Below, in pieces: positions 13,748 through 28,271 of a stretch of 64,000 nucleotides of DNA. This DNA comes from the human T2T-CHM13v2.0 reference genome, Homo sapiens. The DNA is taken from NCBI RefSeq assembly GCF_009914755.1, contig NC_060947.1, one strand, 5' to 3'. Both the position numbers and the translations under genes were made by a program. Within the stretch, counting starts at the first letter, position 1; every line of letters starts with the position of its first letter. The notes under the pieces were generated by a model. It did no database searches and was not told the origin of the DNA. It saw nothing but the letters and a program-made list of their open reading frames with translations.

Positions 13748-13920
13748 CAGCAAATGGTTCTCAGGCCTAGCTGTGCACTGGAATCATAGGGGAAGTTTTT
13801 AAAATATTGATGCTGGGGCATCACCTCCAGAGATTCTGATTTGACAGATGGGGTTGTGTGGTGGGCATGAGAGCTTTCAAATCTCCCCAGGTAATTCCAA
13901 TATGCAGCCAACTGCTGGAG
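13748..13920. mobile_element. MER5A-like DNA transposon
   Basis: 'ggaatcataggggaagtttttaaaa...agagattctgatt...ccccaggtaattccaatatgcagcca'. Confidence 0.7.
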
Positions 13921-14209
13921 GCAGGAGGGAAACAGACAATGTGTGCTACGATGATGGTGACACAATCAGAGCTGTTTTAGGAAAATTGTCCAGAGGGCAG
14001 CTGGATGGACAGATAGGAGACTGAAGAGGGCAGAGTCAGGGCGACCATACTTGATTAGGGAAGAGGTGGGGACTGCATACTCACCTGAGGCAGAAATGAA
14101 AAGCTGGGTATTAAGGCAAGAGGGAGAGATTCAGGGTTGATCCTGAGACTTTCAGCTTGGATCCCTAAAAGGATAGTGAGTCCCATAGGGAACTGGAGAG
14201 ATCGGGTGA

Positions 14210-14656
14210 TGTATTGGTTTTCTGGGGCTGCCAGAACAAAGTACCACAAAGTGGGTGGCTTTAAACAACAGAAATTATTCTCTCACAGTTCTGGAGCTGA
14301 GAAGTCCAAAGTCAAGGTGTGGGCGGGGCCGTGTTTTCCATGTTTTCTCTGAATGCTCTAGGGGAAGATCCTTTTTTCAGCCTGCAATCCTGACGTTCCT
14401 TGGCTTGCAGATGCATCACTCCATCTCTGCCTCCGTCATCACATGGTGTCCTCTCTGTGTGTGTATGTCTGTGTCTCTTCTTATAAGGACACCAGTCACA
14501 TTGGACTGGGGCCTACCCTCATTGAGTATGACCTCATCTTAACTCGATTATGCCTACAAAGACCCTACTTCCAAATAAGGCCACATTCATAGGTAGCAGG
14601 AGTTAGGACTTCAACATATTTTTTGAGGGGGGTGGGGGACACAATCCTACCCACAC
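14210..14656 (-). mobile_element. MLT1 (MaLR) solo LTR nested in L2
   Basis: 'tgtattggttttctggggctgccagaacaaagtaccac...tcttataaggacaccagtcacattgga'. Confidence 0.85.
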
Positions 14657-15847
14657 CAGATAAGGAGAGTGAGAAGGACTATCAAGTTTGGAAGCCATGT
14701 GGGTGGTGTCTGTGCAGCTGCTCAACCTAAGCAGAGTTTGGAAATGAAGACTTGAGCGTTACCACCAGCAGAGAGGAACCTATTATCATCACAGGAGTGG
14801 GTGGGATGCCAAGGCAGAAGGTACAGAGGAGAAAACCTTTCAGGTGCCTCCTAATTCAGGGGATCTCTAGTGGGAGAACCACCCTCGAAGGACGCACAAG
14901 ATGTTGGCAAAGATCCAGGACAGGGCCCTGTCACAGAGGAGGAGGGAATTTTAAGAAGGAGGGGGTGTCCCCACAGTCAAGGCAACCAGAAGGCGAGGAC
15001 TTGGCAAAGGCCACTGAAATGGAAAATTCCGATGTCCTTGCCAGCATCAGTGCAAAGCCTGGAATGGAAACCACTTTACAGGGGGGCTACAGAAGTTCGG
15101 TTGGGAGGTGAAGAAGAGGAAGCAGGGGCAGCCCACTTTCTAAAGAAATTTGGTGGTGAGGGGAAGGCCAGAGAAAGATGCAGGCAGCTTAAGGAGAAAA
15201 ACACAGTCAGGAAGAGAGGCCCAAACATGTCTTATGCTGAAAAGGCAGTGACGGCCACTGAAAGACAGGTTTCAAAAGATGCCGGTGAAGATGGACAGAT
15301 GATGAATGGAGATCACAGGAGAGGAAGAGGGCCAGCTGTGGGTGGCAGGATGTGATGCTTCTCCTTCTGAAATGGAAGTGAGGAAGAGGAAATAGAGGGA
15401 AAAGGAAAAGTCATCCAACTCCAAGATTTAAGGAATTTCATCTTAGAAGAGGTGGTAGGGATGGAGAGGTTAAAAGGGCAACCTGTCCAGCATTGAGAAG
15501 GGTACATTTGTGTCTTGATTTAGTTCACCTCATAGCCCTAAGAAGGAGAAAGCATCAGCTCTGTTTTATGGGTGACAAAATGGAAGGCACGATGATCTTG
15601 GGTCTTAGTGAGGTAGGTGGATTGCCCTGAGTCTAGACTGCCCGGGGACCTGAGTAGGGCTGAGTTTCCAGGGGCACAGAGACCCTAGGGAGGTAGAGTG
15701 AAGGAGACAAGGAATACCCTTACCTTACGTCTCAGCATCCTGAGGGGAATGGGCCCCAACATGACAGAGCCACACTGAAGAAACAAAGCCAAAATGGGAA
15801 ATGAGGACCAAATGATCGGTTTTTAAACTAGCTTTAAGAAAGTTTCT

Positions 15848-16147
15848 GGCCGGGTACAGTGTGGCTCATGCCTGTAATCCCAGCACTTTGGGAGGTCAAG
15901 GCAGAGGATTGCTTGAGCCTAGGAGTTCAAGACCAGCCTGGGCAACATAGAAAGACCCTGCCTCTATTAAAATACATACATACATACATACATACATACA
16001 AGATAGCCAAGTGTAGCGGGGCACACCTATAGTTCCAGTTACTCAGAAGGCCGATGTGAGAAGATCGCATGAGCCCAGGAGTTGGAGGCTGCAGTGAGCT
16101 ATGATCACACTACTGCACTCCAGCCTGGGTGACAGAGTGAGACCCTG
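15848..16147 (+). mobile_element. AluJ with a (TACA)n middle tract and a T-rich 3' end
   Basis: AluJ-diagnostic 'gaggattgcttgagcc' arms. Confidence 0.9.
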
Positions 16148-16685
16148 TTTTTTGTTTTTTTGTTTTTTTTTTAAAGGAAAGCTTCTATTTCTTCCTGTGT
16201 ACACAAGGCATACATCAGGAGACAGACAGCTGATCTACTGACAACATGCTTCCTAATTATTACATCCCATGGGGCACTTGGATTCTCTCATTAAGAGTGG
16301 CACAATGAGCATTCCCTGTGAGGGCCCCCAATTAACTCATCTACCCAGCATGTTCCAGCCAACATGAACAAGGGCCAGCCTTCCAGACTCCTCTTTGTTA
16401 GCTGTTTAACCGCCGTTATTGGAATCCCTGTCATGTTTCTGGAGCAGTTCCTTCTCGGTTCAGCAGAAACCACCGGGGCTGGGTTATTCTCTCACTCAAA
16501 GAGTCTGCAACTCAACCACAAAGCTGGTGGAACCCGGGGTGCTCTGCTGAGGATTTGCCTTATATCATCTGCCAAAATCCCAATCGCACTGTCTCCCCAT
16601 CTCCCCAGCTCCAAGTCCCCTCCTGAAAGGCACGGGCTAAAGTCCATCTCCTTTAGAAAGCCTCCTTGGTGAACTACCGACTTCC

Positions 16686-16870
<185 letters not shown>

Positions 16871-17569
16871 TAGCATTCTAACTCACCCCGCTGTCTCTCA
16901 GTTATAAATGCAAGCCTCCCTGGATGGCAGTTCCCTGCACTGAAAGGACACTCATCTGCCTTGACCTTCCTCCCACCCAGGTTGGAGACAAAGGCTTGTG
17001 CCAACTTGGATGAGGCCTAACCTTCAATACTGTGCCACCATGGAAAGCTTCCCAAGGTAGGCGGATCTCAACACCTTCAGCCTGCTTTGCTAAAGGAAGA
17101 CAGACATTACCAAATTGAAGGTTAAATCACAGGACACTTGGGCTGTAAAAGTTCTCACAACAGAAGTTGGAAAATTATGGGATAAGTGCAGCAGAAGTAG
17201 CGATAAAGATGACGTGACTTCTTTAAGAACCCTTCTGAGAACTCAGGGTGGCTCAGGGAAGCCTTCACGCCTTGATGCTGTTTCAGCCACTCCCTGCCTT
17301 CAACATGCAGGAGTTGACGTCATCTTTCCCTGAAATAGAGTCAATGTGTGGATTAATGAGTTTCTACCTGTCGGGCTGCCAGGAAAGGTGCTTTCTCATG
17401 CAGGCACACAGATGCCCACATACCTCTTGGGGAACCAGACCCCTTCAAATCCACCCCTCCTACAGTGCTCATGTCACAATGATCTGAGCAACAGAAAGCA
17501 TCCAACAAACCCAGGGGTTGGTTATATTTTTCTAATCTTTGTACATGCTCCTCTGCAACTATCACCAAC

Positions 17570-17972
17570 TGTTATGGTTTGAACGTATCCCCAAATTTCA
17601 TGTGTTGGAAACTTAATCCCCAATGTGGCAGTACTGAAAGGTGAGTCCTTTAAGAGGTGATTGGGTCATGATAATTAATCATTCATGATTAATAAATTAA
17701 TGTGTTAATGGATGAATGGATTATCATGGGAGGGTACTGGTGGTTTCATAAGAAGAGGAAGAGAGACCTGAGTTAGCACACTCAGCCCCCTTGCCATGTG
17801 ATGCTCTGTACCACCTTGGGACTGTCCCCATCAGCAAGAAGGCCCTCACCAGATGCAGCCCCCTGGACCTTGCACTTCTCAGCCTCCGTAACTGTAAGAA
17901 ATAATTTTTTTTTCTTTGTAAGTTTCCCAATTTCAGGTATCTTGTTATAAGCAACAGGAAAATGACTAATAC
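17570..17972 (+). mobile_element. MST (MaLR) solo LTR
   Basis: 'tgttatggtttgaa...ttggaaacttaatccccaatg...aagaaggccctcaccagatgcag...gactaatac'. Confidence 0.85.
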
Positions 17973-19340
17973 GCAAAGTCATCACACAAACAAACTGTGA
18001 GTGCCAGCTATCAGGGATACTTGGCGAGTTCCTTTCAAGTGGTTTGTTTTTATTTGCTACAGGCCAAGGTGCTGGCTATATGAGGAACCCATGGACTGGG
18101 CTCAACGCTGTGTCCAGAGGACCCACTGCACCCACATGAGATGTGACAGTAGCTCAGGAGGAATGGACAGAAGCCAACACTCAAAGCTGAGGGTCTCCTC
18201 AGCACCAGCACTACTACAATAACTTTAACCCAAGTTCTTTCATTTTTGCCTTCATGACAGTATCCATCCCCCTTGCATGGATGAAGAAACGAAGACCAAA
18301 GGGAGCTGTACACGGACTTGGCCAAGGTGGTCAAGAAGCTGGTCAGAAGCTGAGCTGAACCTTGACTCAGGCCACTGGATGCCAGAGTAGGGAAACCAAG
18401 AGTCAGGCAGCAATGATGGCAGGAACAAAAGCTCAATAAGGCCCCAGGTGACTAGGTGATCAGCAGCATCAACTGTTGAACTCAGAGATTCCAGGTCACC
18501 ACCAAAGAAAGCTTCACTCAGAATGGCTATTCCATCACTTGCAACTATCTCCCCAAAACCTAGTAATCTGGAGTTCCCCTTCAAACTCTGATAAAACATG
18601 GGGCCACACACTTCCGCAACTCAGGAAGGCTCTCATGTCTGCAACCTTGTCCAGCATCCCTGCCAGCCCCACTCCAATGCTTACCAGCCTTATGATACCA
18701 TGTGACCTTCCTGAGTTTCAGCTTCATTGTCTACCAAAAGGACTCATAAGAGAACTTCCCCCATAAGGCTATTGTTAGGAGTGTAACACTGCATGCAGCA
18801 CCTCAGCATGATACCTCCTACATGACACTTACAAAATGCTATTTCTATTTTCAAAGTCCTTTATGCTCCCACCACCATCATACAGGTCCCAGGGAGAGGT
18901 AGAGAGAGGAAAGACTAGCTGGTGATTTCACGTCCTTCTAGATCTTTCCCTGACCCTGAAAAGTTCATTTCTGTGCCCTTGCCTGGCCTGGATTTCTAGG
19001 GGCACTCCCCACTCCACCCGGTCCCACCCCAGACCTGTGCTCTGTCCTCAAATTGTAGCATGGTCCTCCCTGAGGAGGTCCAATTTGGATGTGAGACCTG
19101 AGATTGACTAAGTTGCAAATAAATAAAAGGAACTGAGATGAATAAGATAATGGGATTAAAAAAAGACATGCCTTCAAGGGTACTCTTTCAACAATGGACT
19201 AAATTGTTTTCTGGAATCTGTAGGATATTGCTAACACCTGGGTACTCAAGTCCAAATTAAATCTGTCCTGAATTTTTTTTTTTTTTTTTTTTTTTAAAGC
19301 ACAGTGGAATTTCTTTCTTCATGTCAGAGAATCAGGCAAG

Positions 19341-20313
19341 CAGGGTCAGCTTCAGGGGCATGTGATGTGCATAGAGCCTTGCCCTCAGAAGGGCCTGAAG
19401 CTTGGTTTAATACTCTGATGGCACTGTCTTGAAATTCTTAATCATTTTATCTTCGAACCTGTGTTTTCAAGTGAAGTCCAACGGGACCATGATGCACGCA
19501 TGTGAGCAAAGGAGCTACGTGCTCCTTGCCACCTCATTTGCATACCACATTCATGATGTCCCATGAGCTCAGAATTCTTGTGAATCCCTGGTGCATGGGG
19601 AGTTCAATAAGGACTCAAAGTCCGTAAAAGGTAAGCATGTTCCATCTATGACTAAGTAAGCACTGGTGTGAACAGTCCTAAAGGTCACACTTTCTGTTCT
19701 AAGCTCAACTTGCTTCAAATGCAGAAAGAAGGTACTGGAGTTCTAAGAGACATGAATGACCAAGGAACCTGACCATATCCTTCCTTACTCCTGTTACTTC
19801 CCTGTATTGGCCAAGCACTTAAACTGAAAATAATCCAGAAGGAAAGGGAAAGATAGGGCAACCGAGTTCCTTTTCCTTTCAGTTCTTCCTTACTTACTAG
19901 CAAGCCACAGGGAGGGAGTGTTGAGGATGTGCTAATATCAATAAGTAAAATCAAAACAATTGAGTTAACTTTGTGCAGCATTTCCACTGTTCTAGTTCGT
20001 ATAAAATACACGTATGTACTAGCTACAAAATACAAATTGTGTGTCAGTGATCCCACATACATGGCAAATGGTCTTAAACTTGCATCTAAAATTTGCACTG
20101 TACAATTGAAGGATGGTTGGTAAGATTCACACTAATAATTTAAAATGACATTAAGTTGCAAACAAAAATGTCTTGACAAATCGAGAGAGAAACTGGAAGA
20201 AAGGGAAACGTTTTTATTTTAGTATCGTGAATGGCCCTTTTTTCCTGCCTTTTGAACAACTGGCCTGCATTTTCATTTTGTACCTGGCTCTGCAAGTTCA
20301 GAAGCTGGCCCCT
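19341..20313 (+). mobile_element. Long MER45 (B/C-type) hAT-Tip100 DNA transposon, apparently near full length
   Basis: 5' end 'cagggtcagcttc...ctcagaagggcc...cttgaaattcttaat' and 3' end 'gcattttcattttg...agctggccc' are both present. Confidence 0.75.
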
Positions 20314-20588
20314 CACTGCAAGGCCTGATCCAGTAAATTGTCACTGCAAGGGAAAGGGGGCAGGGGTCGCTGTGGCCATGTGGTGGCATGCTAATGCAAT
20401 TTCAGTGGGATTAAGGGTGTATGTGATGATTCTATAGGAGTCTGTTCTTTTGCTGCTGTGGCAGGTCACTGGTACCTTCCCCTTACTGGCTCAATGACAT
20501 TTCATAAATAAGCTATGGATACTATAGTACAAGGCAGGCACAGGCTTACGGTCCAATATATGGTGAGTAAAGGGATGTAGAAGAGCTC

Positions 20589-20591
<3 letters not shown>

Positions 20592-20636
<45 letters not shown>
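20592..20636. repeat. (CA)~22 microsatellite
   Basis: Uninterrupted AC run. Confidence 0.95.
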
Positions 20637-20638
<2 letters not shown>

Positions 20639-22397
20639 TGGCTTGGGGGACCCACATGGAAACTGGTTTATTTACAATCAGGCCCTGTCTAAACATTTAG
20701 GGTCTCAAAAATCTATTGAGATGGTTGGCTCTGATGGTTGGGATGGGAATTGGGAGGTCTCGGTTCTAAGGTTCTAATCTTGGCTCTGTCACTTGCCAGT
20801 CACGAGGCCATGGACAAGATGCTTATAGAGCTTGTCCTGGCTCTAAGATACGCTAGGTCTTAAGTGACCAGTTCAGCAGGATGGTTATAAGGAAAAAAGA
20901 ACATCAGGTAGGAAGCCCTACAACCCAGCAGGCATGGCCCCAGCTCCATCACCACTCCTATTGACCTAAGCCATCCTCTGACTGTGCAGGTCAAGTGACT
21001 GTGCACCTGCTCTTACTGACCTCTAAACATCATCCAACCCTGGGATGGATTCCACTGGGCTCCTGGCGTTCTTTGGGGCAAGATGTCAAAACTGTTTCTT
21101 TGAAAGTATATGGTGCAATTAAGTTTTTCTCAGCCTTGATCTTACTAACCTGTGCCCTTCAACCTCTCAAAGCAGTTACACTGAAATTATTATCTTCAGA
21201 TTGCTAAGAGCAAAAAATGAAAAGATAAACCAATAAAACCATTACAAAGATATTTTATAATAAAATTCAGGCTCTGTTATCTGCTTGGAGATGTATTTTA
21301 GAAACAAAATGGATAAAATTTAGTGCTATCAAATATATAAAAATTGAAAAACCAAACTTAACATTCGAATGTATTTCCCCACCCTCAACAGAAATCTGAT
21401 AGAGAGTTTTAAGATTGGTTAAGATCTTTTCATGAACTGGGAATTACAATTTGTTAAATATAATTAAAACAATATATTTATGTACTTTTTACAATTAAAA
21501 AAACAGGCTATTGATAGACTAGGAGGAATATATTTGCCAGCCCTCTAACTGGCAGGGTGGATTCAGGTGATCTGAGTGAGCATGTAGTTGTCACCTTCCT
21601 TTGACTCTACTGCAAGTGTGACTTTCATGAAGCTACCTACTCAAATGAAGGGAGATGAACATCCTAGACCCAGCAGCCTCACACCAGGTGATTCTGAGAT
21701 ACACCAAAGACTGAAAACCATTAATTTACAGAAGAACGTGACTATCCAACACGCAGTTAGACAAAATATTTGAAATTTACCAACATGTGGCTTGTTGAAG
21801 TATCCGAAATTTACTTTCTGATGTTAGCATTCTTGCTTTTGCTAGTTCAGGAAAGTACCCAGGACTTATAGATATGTAAGTCAATGGCCCTCAGACTAAA
21901 GTCTACAGAAAACCAGTGCCTTGTTGGGTCAGCTGCTTGGGTGGTCCACGGTTGGTATAAAACACAAACTGCACAAAAATTGGAGCTATTTCATTTGGTC
22001 TATTGCTGATGATAATTCACACTAAGACAAGGCCACACATTTTAAAATATATTCACATTATTCAAATGCAATCTTTTGTTCAATTGTCTCATCTGTTTAC
22101 CTTCTAGGATGGAAATTAGAAGTAGGATGAAGTCATTTAGGTCCTTTAATCCACTAAATAGTCAGTGGCCTTTGAAAATTGAAAAGCATTGGGACAACTT
22201 GAAATAATGATCCCTGCCAGGTCAAACATAAAATATCCTATTGGGTAGAAAGGGCAACCAATGAAGAGTAAATCTCAGTGATCTCATGGAATCTACCAAT
22301 AATATTTTAAGTCATTAAAAAGCACACAATGTTTTCATAGCACAGAATCTGCAGATTTAGATCATCTCAGAGGAAAGGTCAAAATCTGAGGAACAGT

Positions 22398-22495
22398 TGG
22401 GCTTGGTGGCTCAGGCCTGTAGTCTTAGCTACTCAAGAGCTGAGCCAAGAGGATCACTTGAGCCCAGGAGTTTGAGGTTATAGTGAGTTATGATC
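22398..22495 (+). mobile_element. Truncated AluJ/FRAM fragment
   Basis: 'cctgtagtcttagctactc...gaggatcacttgagcccaggagtttgagg'. Confidence 0.8.
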
Positions 22496-22760
22496 TTTGC
22501 TTCTTTGTGAGCTGTCTGACATTCAGCATTCCCTAAAAATCTGTGTATGACGCTGACATTCATACAGCAGATGACAAATATCCACTCGCATTAACCCATA
22601 ATAACTTAAGGGCTGGGCAGTTTTAATTTATCCTGTAATTGTACATTCATAATTTCTACATCAATGACATACTGTATTGCCGAAACAAATGTATTTTCTA
22701 TTTTTAGATAGGATTACTAGATCAAGTGAATGCTATTGTCTATGCTGACCTCACAAGCTA

Positions 22761-23151
<391 letters not shown>

Positions 23152-26100
23152 ACTGTGTTCATCTGTGCTTTCAATGTACAAACAATTTGAGGTCAGTTAG
23201 TCATACACTCAAGTGGAATCAGAACGGGCTAACGTGCTTTCTAAGTGGTAACTAAGTGATGGCTTTCAATTCAGAGAGGAAGGTTTCTAGTGCTCTGCCA
23301 TTGGGCTTTGTCTTTGGTTCATGCCATGAAGGTGACAATGTCACCCAGGGCCCTGAGAGGGCAGGCTATGTACCTTCATTTTACCACACAGACATTTAAG
23401 ATGAAGGCACTGGAGTCAAACAACCTAGGATTTCTTCCCAGAAACTACAACGAGAAGAATTTTGTTCAATTCTTCTGATTATCCGGTCTTATTTGAAATA
23501 AACATTATGTGCCCAGAATTCTAAAACAGGAGGGAAATTTTAAAACCATCCAGCTCATCTTTCCTTTTCCAGTCTGTAATCAGGATGGATAGGACTAAAG
23601 AATTCAAGTCTCTTGATTCCCACCCAAACATGCTCTTTTTTCACCTGATGTATAGTTAGCAAAGCAAATATTCTGTTAGGATAAGGCTCAAATGCCAAAT
23701 CTACAATATATTCACTAGGCAGAGATAATTCTTCCTAAAGATATACATCTTTGCCAAGCCACATTCCTGTATTTTTACAAAATGCCTTTTAAAAGTAAAA
23801 TCTTACTGGGCCAAGAGAGAGCACAATAGAGAAGACAACATAAATCTTTGGAAATCAATGCTTGTTAATGTCAATTTATCTTTTTAATGAAAAGCCACTG
23901 ACAAACCATGCCATACAATTAAGTAAGCGAATGCATGCCATGGGCTTTGCTCAAGACCAAGGAACAGTCAATAAAAAGTAGTTGTGATGATTGATAGGCG
24001 AGGCCAGAGTAGGGCTTAAAAATTTTTTTCATGAAGGCAATAAAACTCTGGGATGGAGCTTGTCAACCTGTCTCTGTCAGAGTATAGTAGATGGATAATG
24101 GTCACCTGCTCCACCCACTCACAGGGGAGAACCTTGGATTATAAGCAATTTCTAGCTCTCAACCTGAGATCCCACTCATTCTCAGGAAAGCTTCTCAGTG
24201 GAAGGCAGCAACAGTGGTACATAAGAATAAATGGATACTTGTCATCGTATTAAGACATACCAGTTCGAAACATCTTAGCTGTCAGTTAATAACTCATCTG
24301 TTTACTTAATGGATATTTATCAAGTACCAGCCATGTGCCAAGGATTGTGTCAGGTACTGTGGATATAAAAAGAGTGGAGACTGCTTCTCACTGGAGGAGC
24401 TAATGGGCTCATGTGAACAGAGGGACACAAACATTAATTTTTTTATTCAGCAAATATTTACCTGTTTCCCTGTGTGTGGGGGTGGTGCCACTGTCATGGC
24501 AGCTAGAACCACAGAGCATCTCAGCAGACTAAACCGTGCATGAGTACATGAATGTTGGGTCCATGTCTCATTCATTCACCAGTATAGACCCAGCATCTAG
24601 CCCGGGACAACTATTATTGGTGTTGCTAAATGGCCAACAAGAGCCATCTGGTCCTCAGCCTTCCCAAACTCATACAACCCATGGAAGGATGAGTGGAACC
24701 ATGGGGGCAAGTATGTAGTCAAGCTTAACTCTGCCAGCAAGAATGGCCAATAAAAGCTGGAAGGGGCAGAGGATGTGTGGCAAGCACGGCTTCCTAGAAG
24801 AAATACTATCTGAATGGGTACTTGAGAAATAATCAGAAGTTCTCTATCTGATACACTTTTAGGAATTTCAGTTTTTTGGGGGGTGTCCTAGACCCCAGTG
24901 AAAAAGCTAGGAGTTTTTCTTCAACTCTACAATGGGAGCAAGTTTCTTAACTCCTTGGTGCCTCAGAGCCTCACCTGTACACTGTAATATTTAGTCATAT
25001 CCACCTTCAAGTGACTGGGAAGATTAAATGAGGATGTAGTAAACAGATGAGAAGAGTTCCTGGCTAGATTAAGTATTAAATACAACATGTAGATAAAAGC
25101 TAGTCTTACGTGTACCTTTTAAAAAGCTGTCTATACAGGATTTTTTTCCAGTCATGGCACCATCATCAGGGTTTTGCCTGAAACATCAAGAACTAAGAGG
25201 GGCTAGTGCATCCCTGAGTTTCAAATCAGTGACAAGAAGTCTCACTTTCAGAGTCTGCTTAACTCCCAACTTCATTCAACTTTTACATTTTATAGTAAAA
25301 CACAGAGGTACACCATCAGTGCTAGATGTGAAAAATGCTTGGCAAGACAATGTATTAGCTTCTAGTTTCTGAAGATATGAACAGAGTGACAGCTTAGCCG
25401 CATGCCAAAGCTGACTCAAACAAATGCAGGATGGTCTTCAGAACACGTGGCTCTCAAATGCTAATCTTACACCACCTGTTGAGGTTAATAAGCAAGATGT
25501 GTTAAACGTTTTGTGACCTGCCAGAGTTTGAATGAGACAAGTCTTGAGCTTACAACCAGTAGCAGTTTGCACTTTAAATCACTCATACAGGTGGCTGATC
25601 TGCTCCTTCACGATGATATCCTTGATCTGCTACAACTTCAATCAGAAAAAAATTAATGGTAACTTAAATGGGTTGTGTGATTCTAATGCTAAAGCATGCT
25701 TACCATACCAGTGAAAGACTCACCAAACAGAAGACTCCAGACCTTAATTTAAGGAAGAAAAAAATCTACAGAGGCTTAATCATTTAATACCTGCATGCAT
25801 CTGGATAAGTGAGCTACCTATTTGTAGAGGTAAATGAATGAGCTCTAACCCTAGTTTCTATCCAATGAAGTTCTGTGGATATAAATAACGTCCCATTTTT
25901 ACAGTGCAAAGATTTGTCATGCTTTAGCTGTTCAGAATTTAGAGTCAAGAGAAGCAAAGATGCTATGTTTATTTATTTATGTATTTATTTTTAAAAGCAC
26001 CTTACTATTGCAGTAAAGACATCCTATATTTTTGTTTCACACCTAAAGCATACTACCATCAGTATCGACTAAGTACTCAACACAAACCTAGAATGCAATT

Positions 26101-27119
26101 AACATTCCTTTTCTAGCTTCAAACGATTCACTTTCATGAACTATACAGAACACACTACGTGTGTACCTGACATATACAAATTGCCTCCAATGACTCATGC
26201 GAAATTTCAATTTGGAAGCACTTTTGCAGGTCTTAATAGCTGTTTGCTAATGCATGCATTATTCTTCAGTTATAAAATTCATACATTTAAAAAGCTGAGC
26301 TAAGGAGTGCTCACGAGGAACAAAATCAATGCGCTTTCCTGCAAAAAAAATCAACCACTCAGAGCAAGAAGGAAAACATGTTTTTCATATTGTTGAACAC
26401 AGGAGTAAGCATCCAATACTGTTGTCTCATTGTTCAGAAATGCTAGCTAACTTTGCCCCATAAAAATCAATGTTTAATGCATAAAAATTTAACTACATAT
26501 CCAGTTATCTGGCAAGAGAGCCAACTGAATAAGCTGAAGACTTGACAAAAATAAACGCAACCCAAATTGTATGAAACCACGACATGACAGCTTTGAAGGG
26601 ATATGTATCTAGATATCCCTTCAATCACAACCTTGATATCATAAAGTTGTTACTGCCATGTCAAAACACTGATTTCTCTTTTTCTTTGTTACGACTTATC
26701 TAGGAGGTAGAAGTCCCCTTTCCTAGTCCCCTGTAGAAGTTCCCCACCCTGGCGTGTTTATTCATTTTACACACACGGCCTTCCCCCGAGGGGGCCGCTG
26801 AGTCACCAGTAGATTGTGGCAGTGCCTGGGGGAAGGGCAGAACAGACCCATGAGAACCCACTCAACTCCAGGCAGCCCGCAGACCCGGGGGGGCTTCACG
26901 GGTGACTGGAGGTGCCACCCTATTCATCCCCTTTCTCTCTGCACAATAACAAAACCCCGAACCCTCATAATGCCACCTTCTCCTCTCTTTATCATCATTC
27001 ATATCTCAGCTATGACAGGCCAAAAAAAGAGTCTGATGGGAAATGTGCTGCAAATTAGCATATTCCCCCCCTCCACACAATAGAGGCTTTTAAGCTTTGC
27101 TTTTTCAAAGCAAGTTGGT

Positions 27120-27143
27120 GGGGGGGGGGGGGGGGGGGCGGGG
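27120..27143 (+). repeat. Poly-G tract (G19-C-G4)
   Basis: Read directly from the sequence. Confidence 0.95.
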
Positions 27144-28271
27144 AAGCAGAGGGGAAAGCAAAGCTGCGCTTAGCAACAGTGTCTGAAATTCATGGATTTG
27201 CTTCCTTCAAAGCGGCTTGCCTGTCAATTTTGTTGTAGCAAGCCTTCCCTCAAATGGCTTAAAAACTTATTAGAAAGTATTTATTGGACCACCGTGTAAT
27301 AAACATCCTCTCTCTCGTCATTAAATTGCAATTAAATTCTTTGATTAAAAAAAAATTACAAACCCTAAACTCCTTCTCTCATCTTGCTATGGAGCATGAC
27401 ATCACCTTTCTTCCTGGAGAAACTGACAAAATAAAGAAATCCAGTTACTGTAAATACTTAGTAAGGGGCAATCTTCAGAGGGGACACCTCTGCCATGCTT
27501 ATTTATAGGTTTCCTATCTCCACTAGTAAAAAGGAAAAAAAAGAAAAAAAAAAAAAGGCAATATGGATGCTTTATCCTGAGACTTGACTATGGGATGCCA
27601 GCAATCACTTCATGCGTACCTTTCTCAAAGGCTGTCCCTGTCACCTTTGATGTTGCTAAAGATGAGTTCTAAAACTTCAACAGGCTGGAGCTAGCAAAAC
27701 AGACTGCGATGTTTTTGAAAGGTCATAAAAACAAAATCAATCTAGTACATCTTTAAGAGTCCAGCAAAAGAAATGATTTGTGTTCCATGCCACTAAATAT
27801 TAATTCTCCAAAGGACTGCATCTCAATTTGAGGGTGAGAAATTAAGATTCATCTGGCTCAGACTGAATTCTTTGAAAGGGCTCTGAGCTCTTTAGTGGCA
27901 ACTCAAAACCATCAGGGACACTTAAAGTGGCACCTTCTTCATACAAGCTCCAGTTCCTTAATTATCACTCATTGGTTTCTAAGGCCCCTAAGACAAGGCC
28001 AGTGACATTCAGAGTGTCAGAGCTCTCCTAAGGGCCAAGGTGGAACCAGGCACCAGCTGGGGGCTGAGCTAGGCTCTGGAAGGCCCATGCATTCCTGCCT
28101 TCCCCTGCCCAAAGGGAGGAAGGGGAGGCAGCTGAACCTGATGGCAAGGGACCATGTGCTTGGCATCCTACACATGGTCCCTGCAGAACTACTGTAGCCT
28201 ATTGCCTTTATTAGAGGCCTAGACATTGTCCCTCTCCCTCAGGCCTAGGTGCTCAGCTCTGCCCATCCTCC

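Noticed and set aside
14752-15355. Longest ORFs in the track (119 and 161 aa)
   Set aside because: They lie in purine-rich degenerate L2 sequence, start at non-ATG codons, and show no domain or exon structure.
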